A stretch of DNA of 64,000 nucleotides from NCBI GenBank assembly GCA_051294905.1, contig CM119372.1:30442001-30506000 (forward strand). The letters run 5' to 3'. Positions 9,422-21,567 of the stretch are shown here, piece after piece (positions within the stretch are counted from its first letter, which is position 1; each line of letters opens with the position of its first letter). Both the position numbers and the translations under genes were made by a program. The notes under the pieces were generated by a model. That model was not told the origin of the DNA, did not search any database, and saw nothing but the letters and a program-made list of their open reading frames with translations. The DNA is from Botryllus schlosseri (taxonomy: Eukaryota).

Positions 9422-11766
9422 TAGTGGCTACATATTACCATTATCTAGCAAGAACCAGGAATTTGTATTGAGTGACTTCGCTCCTACAGCAACTTACATT
9501 ACGGCGGTACTGAACATCGAGTAATAAGCGGGACTAGGCAGGCTACCCTTAATGCGAATTTGCATTTTGCTGGTACAATCTATGCTATAGTTGAGCGACT
9601 TTGATACGACCTCAGCACACTTCTTTGATATAGCTGCGCAACGATCTAGACTTGAACGTCGGCGTCTGGGACAGATGTGATGTTATAGCCCGCAGTTGCA
9701 TAGCGTTTTAGGAGGTAAATTATAGCATAGACATAGGTTATAGATTTAATTCACTGTCGGAAAAGCATCAGTGCACTAGCTATTAAAATCACATATCTAA
9801 AAGCAGCAGCTTATGGACTTGTAAAATCGACATAATGCAAATCACATATCTAAAAGCAGCAGCTTATGGACTAGTGGCTTCATATTATCATCATCTAGCA
9901 AGAGTCAGGAATTTGTATTGAGTGACTTCGTTCCTATAGCCCCGATTGAGTGACTTCGCTCCTACAGCAAACGCAGCTTACATTACGGCGGTACTGAACA
10001 TCGAGTAATAAGCGGGACTAGGCAGGCTACCCTTAATACGAATTTGCATTTTGCTGCTACAATCTATGCTATAGTTGAGCGACTTTGATACGACCTCGGC
10101 ACACTTCTTTGATATAGCTGCGCAGAGATGTAGCCTTGAACGCTAGCGTCTGGGACAGATGTGATGTCAGTGATCTGAAATGTTATAGCCCGCAGTGGCA
10201 TAGCGTTTTAGGAGATAAATTATAGCATAGACATAGGTTTAGCTATAGATTTAATTCACTGTCGGAAAAGCATCAGTGCACTAGCTATTAAAATCACATA
10301 TCTAAAAGCAGCAGCTTATGGACTTGTAAAATCGGCATAATGCAAATCACATATCTAAAAGCAGCAGCTTATGGACTAGTGGCTTCATATTATCATCATC
10401 TAGCAAGAGGCAGGAATTTGTATTGAGTGACTTCGTTCCTATAGCCCCGATTGAGTGACTTCGCTCCTACAGCAAACGCAGCTTACATTACGGCGGTACT
10501 GAACATCGAGTAATAAGCGGGACTAGGCAGGCTACCCTTAATACGAATTTGCATTTTGCTGCTACAATCTATGCTATAGTTGAGCGACTTTGATACGACC
10601 TCGGCACACTTCTTTGATATAGCTGCGCAGAGATGTAGCCTTGAACGCTAGCGTCTGGGACAAATGTGATGTCAGTGATCTGAAATGTTATAGCCCGCAG
10701 TGGCATAGCGTTTTAGGAGATAAATTATAGCATAGACATAGGTTTAGCTATAGATTTAATTCACTGTCGGAAAAGCATCAGTGCACTAGCTATTAAAATC
10801 ACATATCTAAAAGCAGCAGCTTATGGACTTGTAAAATCGGCATAATGCAAATCACATATCTAAAAGCAGCAGCTTATGGGCTAGTGGCTTCATATTATCA
10901 TCATCTAGCAAGAAACAGGAATTTGTATTGAGTGACTTCGCTCCTACAGCAAACGCAACTTACATTACGGTGTTACTATACATCGAGTAATAAGCGGGAC
11001 TAGGCAGGCTACCCTTAACACGAATTTGCATTTTGCTGGTACAATCTATGCTATAGTTGAGCGACTTTGATACGACCTCGTCACACTTCTTTGATATAGC
11101 TGCGCAAAGATGTAGCCTTGAACGCTAGCGTCTGGGACAGATGTGATGTCAGTGATCTGAAATGTTATAGCCCGCAGTGGCATAGCGTTTTAGGAGATAA
11201 ATTATAGCATAGACATATGTTTAGCTATAGATTTAATTCACTGTCGGAAAAGCATCAGTGCACTAACTATTAAAATCACATATCTAAAAGCAGCAGCTTA
11301 TGGAGTAGTGGCTTCATATTATCATCATCTAGCAAGAGCCAGGAATTTGTATTGAGTGACTTCGTTCCTATAGCCCCGGCAAACGCAGCTTACATTAATA
11401 CGGCGTTACTGAACATCGAGTAATAAGCGAAGCTAGCCAGGCTACACTTAATACGAATTTGCATTTTGCGGGCACAATCTATGCTATAGTTGAGCGACTT
11501 TGATACGACCTCGGCACACTTCTTCGATATAGATATAGCTGCGCAAAGATGTAGCCTTGAACGCTACCGTCTGGAACAGATGTGATGTCAGTGATCTGAA
11601 ATGTTATAGCCCGCAGTGGCATAGCGTTTTAAAATGGGAGATAAATTATAGCATAGACATAGGTTTAGCTATAGATTTAATTCACTATCGGAAAAGCATC
11701 AGTGCACTAGCTATTAAAATCACATATCTAAAAGCAGCAGCTTATGGACTTGTAAAATCGGCATAA
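9422..11766. repeat. Tandem array, 5 units of ~424-505 bp in the right arm of Polinton 1
   Basis: Unit starts TAGTGGC at 9422, 9872, 10377, 10882, 11306; internal sub-duplications; a degenerate extra copy near 12098. Confidence 0.95.
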
Positions 11767-12470
11767 TTTCAGTAGTTAGATGCTTGCTACAACTCGCAAT
11801 TTATCAACTTTAGGTCGTGAGTAAAGCAAGAATTCATAGACTAACATCCATCTCAAATCCGAAGTGCATACCCGCGTAATTATAACCAAATTTAGTGCGA
11901 ATCTATACGGAAATGTAGCCTAAATCACCTGCGTCATTAGGTGAAGTGCATAGCGCGATAGTTGTGATAAATGCGAAATTTTCCGAGCGTAAATTGCGTA
12001 TATGCGATGTCGGCGTTTTGATCTGAAATGAAATGAGCGAATTTAAATATAGGTGATAAACTATTGCTCTAGCTAATTATTATAACCACACCGAGATTCG
12101 AGTAATAAGCGAGCCTAGATAGTCTACCTTTAACAGAAAACTTGCGTATACATTCGAATTTGTGCGACTTCGGCTATATTGCCGGTTAACATTATAGCAA
12201 CGCGCAGGACTCACCATTACGTTAGCTATTGGAGAAATCTCAACGTAAATCAATCTGCGTTCACAATTCGCGTAAGCTAATGCTGCATCGGGAAATTATA
12301 GCTAAATTGAGTTTAAATTGACACGAAAATACATTGGTCTTACCTCAGCTGCGATACCTGCGTCCCTGCGCACATGGCAATACTTGTAATAGAAATGTGA
12401 AGTTTTCAGAATGCGAATTGCTTTACGTCGGAACTAAACATTCTAATTCGTAACGCCAGCGCGGCGTTTT

Positions 12471-12613
12471 CTTGGAAACGCAACTATATTTAGAATGTTC
12501 TAATTCCCATTATCGATGTGGCCCGACTTTTTGGAATCGCAACTATATTTAGAATGTTCTAATTCATATTGTCGATGTGATCCGACTTCTTGGAATCGTA
12601 AGCAACTATATTC
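12471..12613. repeat. Short tandem repeat (~60 bp, 2.5 copies)
   Basis: TTGGAA.CGCAACTATATTTAGAATGTTCTAATTC repeated. Confidence 0.85.
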
Positions 12614-13039
12614 GTGCCGCATTTACACGCGTCAATTTCTTGGAATAGTATTCGGCAATATGCGCGGTGCATGAGCTTTGCGTGATCGTAGGCCTTTATG
12701 GTTGCGATATCTGTATTATTAAGTTGCATTTGCAGAATTCCCCGAAATCATTGACTAATTAATGATGACACAGCTGTTATAGTCTTACATTTATGTGTAA
12801 TAACTCGAAAAAGGTGTTGTCTCGGAATTTAAGAGAGAATCGGCGGTTATATTCTCAAAACAGCTCAATACGGGTAGTTTGCTCAATAGCCTGGTGGTGA
12901 GCGACGTGACATTATACCCATCCAAGCCAGGTTCGATTCTAGCTAAGGTAAGTTTTGGCGTGGTAATGAGTGTCATAGGTGCAGCAATCGACATCGCGCT
13001 GGTTGATGCTGTGCGCCATATAGATGCGGCAATCAATGC

Positions 13040-13320
13040 GGTGATGATGTGGCAATGGATGATGTGGCACTATAGGTGTGGCGCTTGATGATGTGACACA
13101 GATGAATGTGGTATGTGATGTGCCAATGGATGATGTGGCAATAGGTGTGCTATAGGTGCGGCAATGGGCGTGCTATAGGTGCGGCAATGGGTGGATGATG
13201 TGGCAATAGGCGTCCCATAGGTACGGCAATGGGCGGATGATGTGGCAATGTAGGCGTGGCAATTAAGGCGACGTGGCCTTCTGGGATTGGCGGGCAATAA
13301 AAACGGATCCCCTTACTACT
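13040..13320. repeat. CAAT-rich degenerate subterminal repeats and putative right terminus of Polinton 1
   Basis: Multiple GATGATGTGGCAATGG / GGCAATAGG / CTATAGGTG units, then GATTGGCGGG and terminal TACTACT. Confidence 0.65.
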
Positions 13321-13700
13321 CTTACTCGAATACTTTTTACGTTGCTTATATGTAGCGGCCAGCATGCTCTATACTGCCCCTTATCCTGTGACAGTTATAG
13401 AAGTGCATGATGCTTCTCGTTATTCTTCGTTTTTTGCTTCTGACTGCCTCGGCCTCAGCTATGTGTTAATAACGTCTCTAGAGAGAAATTGTTGTATTCT
13501 CGATCTTCAACTACATAAGAAACACCGTACACGTTGACGCCCACTTCTGCAGAGTTTGTAGTGCTATTCAATATTCATATTTTCATCTGTCCAGGGGGGA
13601 CGAGGAACCAATAATAACCTCCGACGACGAGACTTGAACTCTAGTGGTGCTAGAGAGTACAGGCATCGTTATGTCAGCTAAACTGCGTGCTGTATCGAGC

Positions 13701-15118
13701 CAGTGTTGCCAATTTAACGATTTTGTCACTAGATCTAGCGATTTTGCACTCCGTTTAGCGACAAAAAATATCAATCTAGCGACTAGCGATAAATCTAGCG
13801 ACTTTTAAAAAATAATTAGCGATTTTCTAGCGATTTTTTTTCAAAAATATCTGATATCAATCAGTTTTCAGCAGCAACATTATGCACATTTACCATATCT
13901 TATGCGCGCTACAGTGTCAGCACGCATCGTCGATCTGCATTCAGGTAGCGTGCATGGATAGGAGCGTCAATACTGACTTTCCTGGTCAGCGGTCAGTTTA
14001 GCGAAGTTGGCCATAACTTTTCCAGGCATAGAAATCTAAAGTGTCACGTTCGCCAAACTCGTCAAGATCCTTACCAATTCACCCTCAACACAATACGAGT
14101 AATCACAATCATGCTCGTCCAATGTAGTGTGCTATACAAGGTCCGATATTTGAACTCTTTACATCCACGCCAAACGATTATAGGGTCCACCCCTCGCCTA
14201 AAAGATTGACATCACGAGTGTCTTAGGGATTGCATCTAACTTTTGACACCTACACACGAGACGTAACAGTATAGCGTACTATCTATCGCGATCCAAGATA
14301 AATGAAAAAAAAGATTACGTCGCTGACTTTTGACATTAACACAAGATGTAACAACAGGATGAAATTATCCCCCCCCCCCTTTCAACCCCCCACACACACA
14401 AAAATGAAATCACGAGTTTCTATGCGCGCTGCTGGATAACAGAAAAACATTCTTTAATAAACATATTTGATATATCGTCGCTGATTTGATGCACGGATAC
14501 TCGGGAAACAGGATGGCCAGTGGCCATAAGTAGTGGTAGGCTATGTACTTATAGCCGGTTGGCCCTCTTATTCTAAAGTGCATGTCGCTACTTATAGTGG
14601 CCGGCAAACACTGTGCAAGTCATTCTGTGTGCGAGAGTGCTCCGCCATAGTTTAGGGAAGGATAGTCCCTTTCCGCAATCATCGGTATAGCGTGCATCAC
14701 GTATTCACGGACGCATCGAGCAATTAAGGCACTTGTATATCTAGCATGCTTTTCACCGCAAATTCTATTTCAGCGGCAGTAATTGATGGTGTCCTGCCAA
14801 TATATGGTGAGTGGTTATAACTGCAAATCTGGTCACGCTGAGCAATCATGGCGCAGAGCGATTTGTTTTGTTGAAATGCACCGCACATTTTGCCCGGTTT
14901 TTAAATGACTGGTGCGTATTATGAACTAGAAATATGATAAGTGGCATTTGACACAGCTGATTACAATATATCTGACAATAAAATGGATATTCGTTCTCAA
15001 TCTAGCAACTTTTGGTATTAATACAGATTTAGCGACTTTTTTTTCAAGATTTAGCGACATCTAGCGATTTTAAACACCAATTTTAGCGATTTTTGTCCAT
15101 CCGGAGTTGGCAACACTG
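13701..15118. mobile_element. Non-autonomous hAT-type DNA transposon
   Basis: TIR CAGTGTTGCCAA at both ends, perfect 8-bp TSD TATCGAGC (13693-13700 and 15119-15126), subterminal TAGCGA repeats at both ends. Confidence 0.93.
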
Positions 15119-15437
15119 TATCGAGCAGGAATCCCTTCGGATAGGTATTAGGTACCGACTTTACAAATATACTAACTCGCGGTAGCTGGATCTATTAATC
15201 CTGCGTTCCCTCTTCTCCTTTCAGCTCAATGTTGCCTACAATTTCCTCACGAATATATATTGGTCGAATGAATATGAATAAAGAAGGATGCGTATGAGTT
15301 CACACGTAATTGAGATATTGTACACGATCGCAGCTAAACCCTGACTGATAATAAGCGGGAACGGGTCTACAAAGAATCAATGATGTCGTAAAGAATCGAG
15401 TCGGAAAAACTGACAATTTCTTTAGTGAACTCAGTAG

Positions 15438-15518
15438 AGAGAGAGAGATGATATTCTTTTTCGCCTGCACCATCGAGATGCTTTGACGACGGAGTTGCGG
15501 TACGGCCCCATGAGGTCA
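15438..15518 (-). mobile_element. 3' half of a tRNA-derived SINE (family A) split by the 15519..19249 insertion
   Basis: Matches the 3' part of the intact copy at ~35770-35850, including the TC microsatellite tail. Confidence 0.8.
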
Positions 15519-16254
15519 GGGCCATTCCCAACCTGGACAACAAAAGTTGGAACCACCACATTCCCAAATCTTCTGAAATTTGGTACATGCATAGATGAGT
15601 TAATTTCGAACACAATAAAGTTTATTTGAGGAAAATTGATCCCCGGGGTCAAAAGTTATGTCATTTTGAAAAATTGACAATTTTTTGCTCATTTCAGCTC
15701 TGCAGCATTCAGGTTTATCAATGTAAAATTCAAAAAGGTGTAAACAGATGTTGGATTACAGTTGAGATTTGGCACTGGGTTTTCTGAGTAGCTAGTATAT
15801 TGGTCTATATTCTCATGTGGTATTGAATGCCATGCGGTGTAGTGTTAAAGGTTAAATTGAGGCGAAACTTGGTCGATGGTCTGAAATCGGTCAAGCGTTA
15901 CACAATTTAGAATGCGAATTGAGCAAAACCTTATAAGTATATTCCAGCGAGTAGGTTATCATATGAAAGCTGGTTACAAAGACAATTTTCCATAGCTTTT
16001 TCATTTTGGTTTTTTGACTGTAAGGTGGGGAAATCGCCATCTCAAGAGTACACTGCATTTGTACATGGATATGCTTAAGTTTGGAATACGGTAAACCGAT
16101 GGTTCCCATACTTTTTTGACTCAACACACCTTGTTAAGCTCAACTTATATTCATCACTACCCCTGAAGACTATATGTCAATTTCCAACAACCTATTTGAA
16201 ACCAAGAGCTGTTCCTTGGGTATATATTAATGGGAAATTTTAAAAAATAACCTA

Positions 16255-17333
16255 ACCGTTAACATCGCTGGTCAGCCCGTTTCCAACACAGATAATGACA
16301 AATATCTCGGGGTTTTATTGGACTCGGACATGTCCTGGAAGAGTCATATTCAGTCTCTACCCTAAATTATCACCGAAGTGCGGCCTGTTCTACAGCCTTG
16401 GACGCTTCATGCCAGCCTGGGTTCTTCTGATACTCTTTAAATCCCTAATCTAATCGAAGTTACAATATGGCATCCTTTGTTGGGTGGCTGGCAATAAAAT
16501 TGCACTCGAGCCACTGCAAAAACTATAACATGAGGTACTCCGTATCATAGCTAGAGCCCCATAGAAGCCTGTTGGTCCATCCAACAAGTCGCTGCTGAAG
16601 AGATTCGGTGTCCTAAACATAGAAGATATGCGAAAACTAGAAATCGCGAAGTTTATGTATCAGTTCCACTGCGGTCGTTGCCCCGAATATTTCAATGACT
16701 TTTTTACCTCGGAATCAAAAGCGCACAAGTACAACACACGCGCGTCCACGTCGTCCAAATATCACATGATCGACCGAAAAGATCATCGCTCCGTCCAATA
16801 TGCCGGACCTGATGTGTGGAACAGTATCCCGCCGGCTATCCGACAGTCGACGAGCATGTCCACATTCAAGTCGAAATACAAGCAATTACTACTAAATGAA
16901 TACTAGTCCATCCCCAAGCGTACCGGACCACGACTGACCTATCGATCTCGCCTTCCATGACATGCCACCCCATTTTTGTCGCTTGCTTTTTTCTATACTA
17001 TCTTCTTTACTTTTCATTCAGTGTGCATGCCTCCTCTTTACATAGCCTAGGCCAAGGTGGGTGTCCGATTTCATAGACTATTCCAAGTCGCTGCGACACC
17101 TTCCTACCTTTCATTGTATCGCATTTCTGTGGTGCATTGAGCTGATAAAATTGCTAATAAACCAATGATGATGATGATGTGCATGCCTCCTCTTTCCATC
17201 GCCTATAGGCCAAGGTGGGTGTCCGATTTCATTGACTACTCCAAGTCGCTTCGACACCTTCCTATCTTTCATTGTATCGCATTTCTGTGGTGTATTGAAC
17301 TGATAAATTGCTAATAAACCAATGATGATGATG
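16255..17333 (+). mobile_element. 5'-truncated CR1/L2-like LINE fragment with duplicated 3' end
   Basis: KYLGVLLD..SW.SHI, LQYGILCW, HKYNTR C-terminal ORF2 motifs with stops/frameshifts. 3' UTR ends AATAAA-(TGA)n twice (~17178 and ~17333). Confidence 0.8.
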
Positions 17334-17732
17334 AGAATAGCTACCCATTGCTCCCGTCGTTTATCCGTCCTTTGCAAAATTTCTCAACTTTGACATTCAG
17401 AGTTATATTGTTCAGCAGAAACTCTACCGATAGTGATCTGAATGTCGAGGTAAGGAAATTCAACATAGGTGCGGGTTAACGACGGGAGTAAGGGTGACCC
17501 AGGGGGTCGCCAACTCAAAATGGGTCGCAGGCCACTTTTCAAAATTCCTAGAGGCCGCGCGGGCTTCAATATCGAGATAAAAATAGGCAACGCTGGGGCC
17601 TCGGCAACGCAGTTTATTAACCGCGTTTGGATAACTCTACGTCAGTACAACGCTGTGCTAACATGGGCGACGGGCATAGTTACCACATAAGAAATAATAT
17701 GTTATTGAAGAAATACAAATACAACAATGCAT

Positions 17733-18510
17733 GCATGCACACTGAATGAAAATAGAGAAGATAGTACAGAAAAAAGCAAGCGACAAAATGGGGTGGCATG
17801 TCATGGAAGGCGAGATCGATAGGTCAGTCGTGGTCCGGTAATCTTGGAGATGGACTAGTATTCATTTAGTAGTAATTGCTTGTATTTCGACTTGAATGTG
17901 GACATGCTCGTCGACTGTCGGATAGCCGGCGGGATACTGTTCCACATATCAGGTCCGGCATATTGGACGGAGCGATGATCTTTTCGGTCGATCATATGAT
18001 ATTTGGACGACGTGGACGCGCGTGTGTTGTACTTGTGCGCTTTTGATTCCGAAGTAAAAAAGTCATTGAAATATTCGGGGCAACGACCGCAGTGGAACTG
18101 ATACATAAACTTCGCGATTTCTAGTTTTCGCATATCTTCTATGTTTAGGACACCGAATCTCTTCAGCGGCGACTTGTTGGATGGACCAACAGGCTTCTAT
18201 GGGGCTCTAGCTATGATACGGAGTACCTTATGTTATAGTTTTTGCAGTGGCTCGAGTGCAGTTTTATTGCCAGCCCCCCAACAAAGGATGCCATATTGTA
18301 ACTTCGATTGGATTAGGGATTTAAAGAGTATCAGAAGAACCCAGGCTGGCATGAAGCGTCCAAGGCTGTAGAACAGGCCGCACTTCGGTGATAATTTAGT
18401 GTAGGGACTGAATATGACTATTCCAGGACATGTCCAAGTCCAATAAAACCCCGAGATATTTGTCATTATCTGTGTTGGAAACGGGCTGACCCTGACCAGC
18501 GATGTTAACG
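17733..18510 (-). mobile_element. Mirror copy of the LINE fragment in the opposite arm
   Basis: ORFs 17855..18133 and 18233..18466 are near-identical to the left-arm copy. Confidence 0.8.
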
Positions 18511-19249
18511 GTTAGGTTATTTTTTTTAATTTCTCATTAATATACACCCAAGGAACAGATCTTGGTTTCAAATAGGTTGTTGGAAATTGACATATAGTCT
18601 TCAGGGGTAGTGATGAATATAAGTTGAGCTTAACAAGGTGTGTTGAGTCAAAAAAGTATGGGAACCTTCGGTTTACCGTATTCCAAACTTAAGCATATCC
18701 ATGTACAAATGCAGTGTACTCTTGAGATGGCGATTTCCCCACCTTACAGTCAAAAAACCAAAATGAAAAAGCTATGGAAAATTGTCTTTGTAACCAGCTT
18801 TCATATGATACCCTACTCGCTGGAATATACTTATAAGGTTTTGCTCAATTCGCATTCTAAATTGTGTAACGCTTGACCGATTTCAGACCATCGACCAAGT
18901 TTCGCCTCAATTTAACCTTTAACACTACACCGCATGGCATTCAATACCACATGAGAATATAGACCAATATACTAGCTACTCAGAAAACCCAGTGCCAAAT
19001 CTCAACTGTAATCCAACATCTGTTTACACCTTTTTGAATTTTACATTGATAAACCTGAATGCTGCAGAGCTGAAATGAGCAAAAAAATCGTCAATTTTTC
19101 AAAATGACATAACTTTTGACCCCGGGGATCAATTTTCCTCAAATAAACTTTATTGTGTTCGAAATTAACTCACTTATGCATGTACCAAATTTCAGAAGAT
19201 TTGGGAATGTGATGGTTCCAACTTTTGTTGTCCAGGTTGGGAATGGCCC

Positions 19250-19427
19250 GTCATCTAGTCTGCGCCCCCGTTTTTTTCTCCTCCATGCTATCCGTGATTG
19301 CTGAGCGCATAGCAGGATAGCTGCGGATACCAATTTTCGAGTCTTTGGTATGACCCGGCCGGGGATCGACCCCACGGCCTACCGCTCGAGAAGCCGGACG
19401 CATAACCATTACACTATCTCGCTCGGT
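19250..19427 (-). mobile_element. 5' half (tRNA-like head) of SINE family A
   Basis: A-box TAGTGTAATGG, B-box-like GGGTCGATCC; colinear with the copy at 35599. Confidence 0.8.
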
Positions 19428-20942
19428 ATTGGCCGTCAAAATTTCCAACTACCCGTTTCTCATCCCTATTATAATAAAGGAGCGCGAGCTTGAAAGTCTC
19501 ACGAAAGATAACGAATTCGAAGACACTGAACACGTTTATATTATCAAAAAATATTCCATGTAGTTTGGTTTCGAAGCTACGAAGAGCCGCAGCAGAGACA
19601 TGAAAAAGCTGCTGGTTGCCGACCCCTGTTCTAGGTCAATGTGGGACTGTGGGGGTCTGATTTAAAAGACTATACTCCTTCCCATCTTTTCTTTGTAAGA
19701 AGAATGGCACCACTTTATAATGTATTCAATCGATCCAATTAACAGAGATACGCCTACTGACCACTGGCGAATCACTGGTTCAGCTGTACAATGTATAAAT
19801 TGTACATGTACAATTGTACAGTAGAAATTTTGAGATAACTGCATCTTAAACGGCTTCCAGGTAGCTTGCCTCGCGTTCGACTGAAATCGTACTTGGCGCC
19901 TGTCCGCGACTTTTATGACTCTTTACATAACACTTGGCAAACGAGATTTGAAAACTATATTTTGTATTTTTTGGCCTCTTATACCTCAATTCACCTGTGT
20001 ATATAAGTAGCATAGGCATTCAAATAACACCAAGATAATATTAATTCAACCAAAGCGACATCAACTAACTAGAAATTATGTAGTCGATAGAATCAGAAGT
20101 AGTAACATCACATCAACCTAGAGGCCTTTGATGTGCTGAACCAGGAGCATTGCCGTGTTACAATCGAACTGTCAAGTCATTTAACTGCGAAATTTTGATT
20201 TGGCTACACACGTGGAGTGGATGAATCGTCACGCTACTGATGTGATTGTACGATCAGGCATAATTACTGTGTGGCAGAACTATGACAATTAGAAAAATAA
20301 AATATATACTAGATTTCTTCGGGCAAAACCGATGAGCACTGGTTTGAATTTATCCAAACCCGATGTCGTGCGAACAGTGGCTAATAAATTCACTACTTAA
20401 CCCAACTCTGAAGTACAGCGACATTCTTCAAATTCCGGCATTGTGCATAACAAAGATATCGATGGCTCATCAATACTACTGCATATTACTAGTTCAGACC
20501 GTTTGTTACAACTACAGGCTGGGAAAAATCCATCAACTGAATTAACGGTGATTCTATTCCGAATAGGGTATTAGGCTTCGAGTGTAGTCGAGATTTCGAG
20601 TATCACTTATTATGACCTCATATGAGTATAAATCATTTGTTGAAAGTTCAAATATTGACCTTGTATGGTACTGTGGCAGCATTAAGAAAATAATGCCAGT
20701 TCCAACTGAATATATGATTTTTTTCAACCATTGCACTTTCTGACAGTGCTCGCAACTTCACAGAAATGTCATTACCACTAAAAGAACGTAGCTTTGTACT
20801 GTGACATGTTTTGTACGCTGTGACACAAGCAACCTGGTTTCAAGGTGAGAAAATAGTAACGAAACTATAATTATTGTTGATGACTCAGCAGTAGGGTTGT
20901 TCAAAAATTACTTTGTTTCCCGGGATCCGGGATTCACTATTC

Positions 20943-21392
20943 AAATTGTTAGGTTGACTTAATAACACTGCAAACTAAATTGGCTCAATTACAACCAGCC
21001 GAAGCAGGGCCAATTGAAATTTTTTAAATTTTCAAAAAAAATAAAAAAAAAAATACGATGTAAAAAGAAATTTGACCCAATTCAAACCCGTAGAAGCGAA
21101 GTTATTTAAGTTTTTCATCAATAATTCCAGGATTACCCACCATTAAATGGTACGGGTATTTTTGCAAATCCAAAACTTTCTGCAATAACTTCGCTTCTAC
21201 CAGATGGAACTGAGCAAAAATTGTTAGGAATCGTAATTTTAGGCAACTTAACAATTTCATGGGGTTGACAGTAAAATTTGAAGAATTTTTTTTCAATAAT
21301 TTAAAAAATTTCCATTGGCTCCGCCACGGCTTCTGCTGGTTGGAATTGAGTCAAATTTAGTGTGCACTTCTTTTTAGGCAACCTAACAATTT
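20943..21392. repeat. Imperfect foldback / MITE-like inverted repeat
   Basis: AAATTGTTAGGTTG and CTAAAT.G.CTCAATT.CAACCAGC blocks mirrored; inner pair TAGAAGCGAAGTTATT / AATAACTTCGCTTCTA. No TSD identified. Confidence 0.55.
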
Positions 21393-21567
21393 AATCAGTG
21401 AAGGAATAATCCTATAGGGCGTATAAATTAAGTACAAAAAATATGAACTACTTTAGTCGAATCATTACAATTACTCGAGTTCCATTCTAGTACTAAAATA
21501 GCCCGCTCTAGTTACCATAGATAACATTTTAACGCTTCATTGCACCAACTGTAACTCGCATCGACCA

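Larger units (their letters stand above)
1..13320 (+). mobile_element. Polinton/Maverick (adintovirus-like) element 1, left portion outside window
   Basis: Contiguous pPolB, packaging ATPase, integrase, 2 minor capsid, major capsid and protease genes. Non-coding right arm ends in TACTACT (13314..13320), the reverse complement of the AGTAGT-type Polinton terminus. The right boundary is inferred and the TSD cannot be checked. Confidence 0.92.
15519..19249. mobile_element. Non-autonomous DNA transposon with ~1.5-kb inverted arms (Sola2-like termini)
   Basis: Arms 15519-17030 and 17733-19249 are near-identical reverse complements. Ends GGG...CCC with 4-bp TSD GTCA (15515-15518, 19250-19253). GRG/CYC ends with a 4-bp TSD fit Sola2; the superfamily call is inference. 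Confidence 0.75.

Noticed and set aside
9422-11766. Tandem arrays (also 38898-39815) as CRISPR or coding repeats
   Set aside because: No unique spacers, units far too long, no cas genes, eukaryotic context, no sustained ORF.
13070-13365. His/Pro-rich ORFs on the minus strand
   Set aside because: By-products of the degenerate subterminal CAAT/GATG repeats.
19613-19628. hAT-like end GGTTGCCGACCCCTG; similar lone starts at 25042 and 36414
   Set aside because: No partner TIR with a matching 8-bp TSD found in the window, so no element could be delimited.
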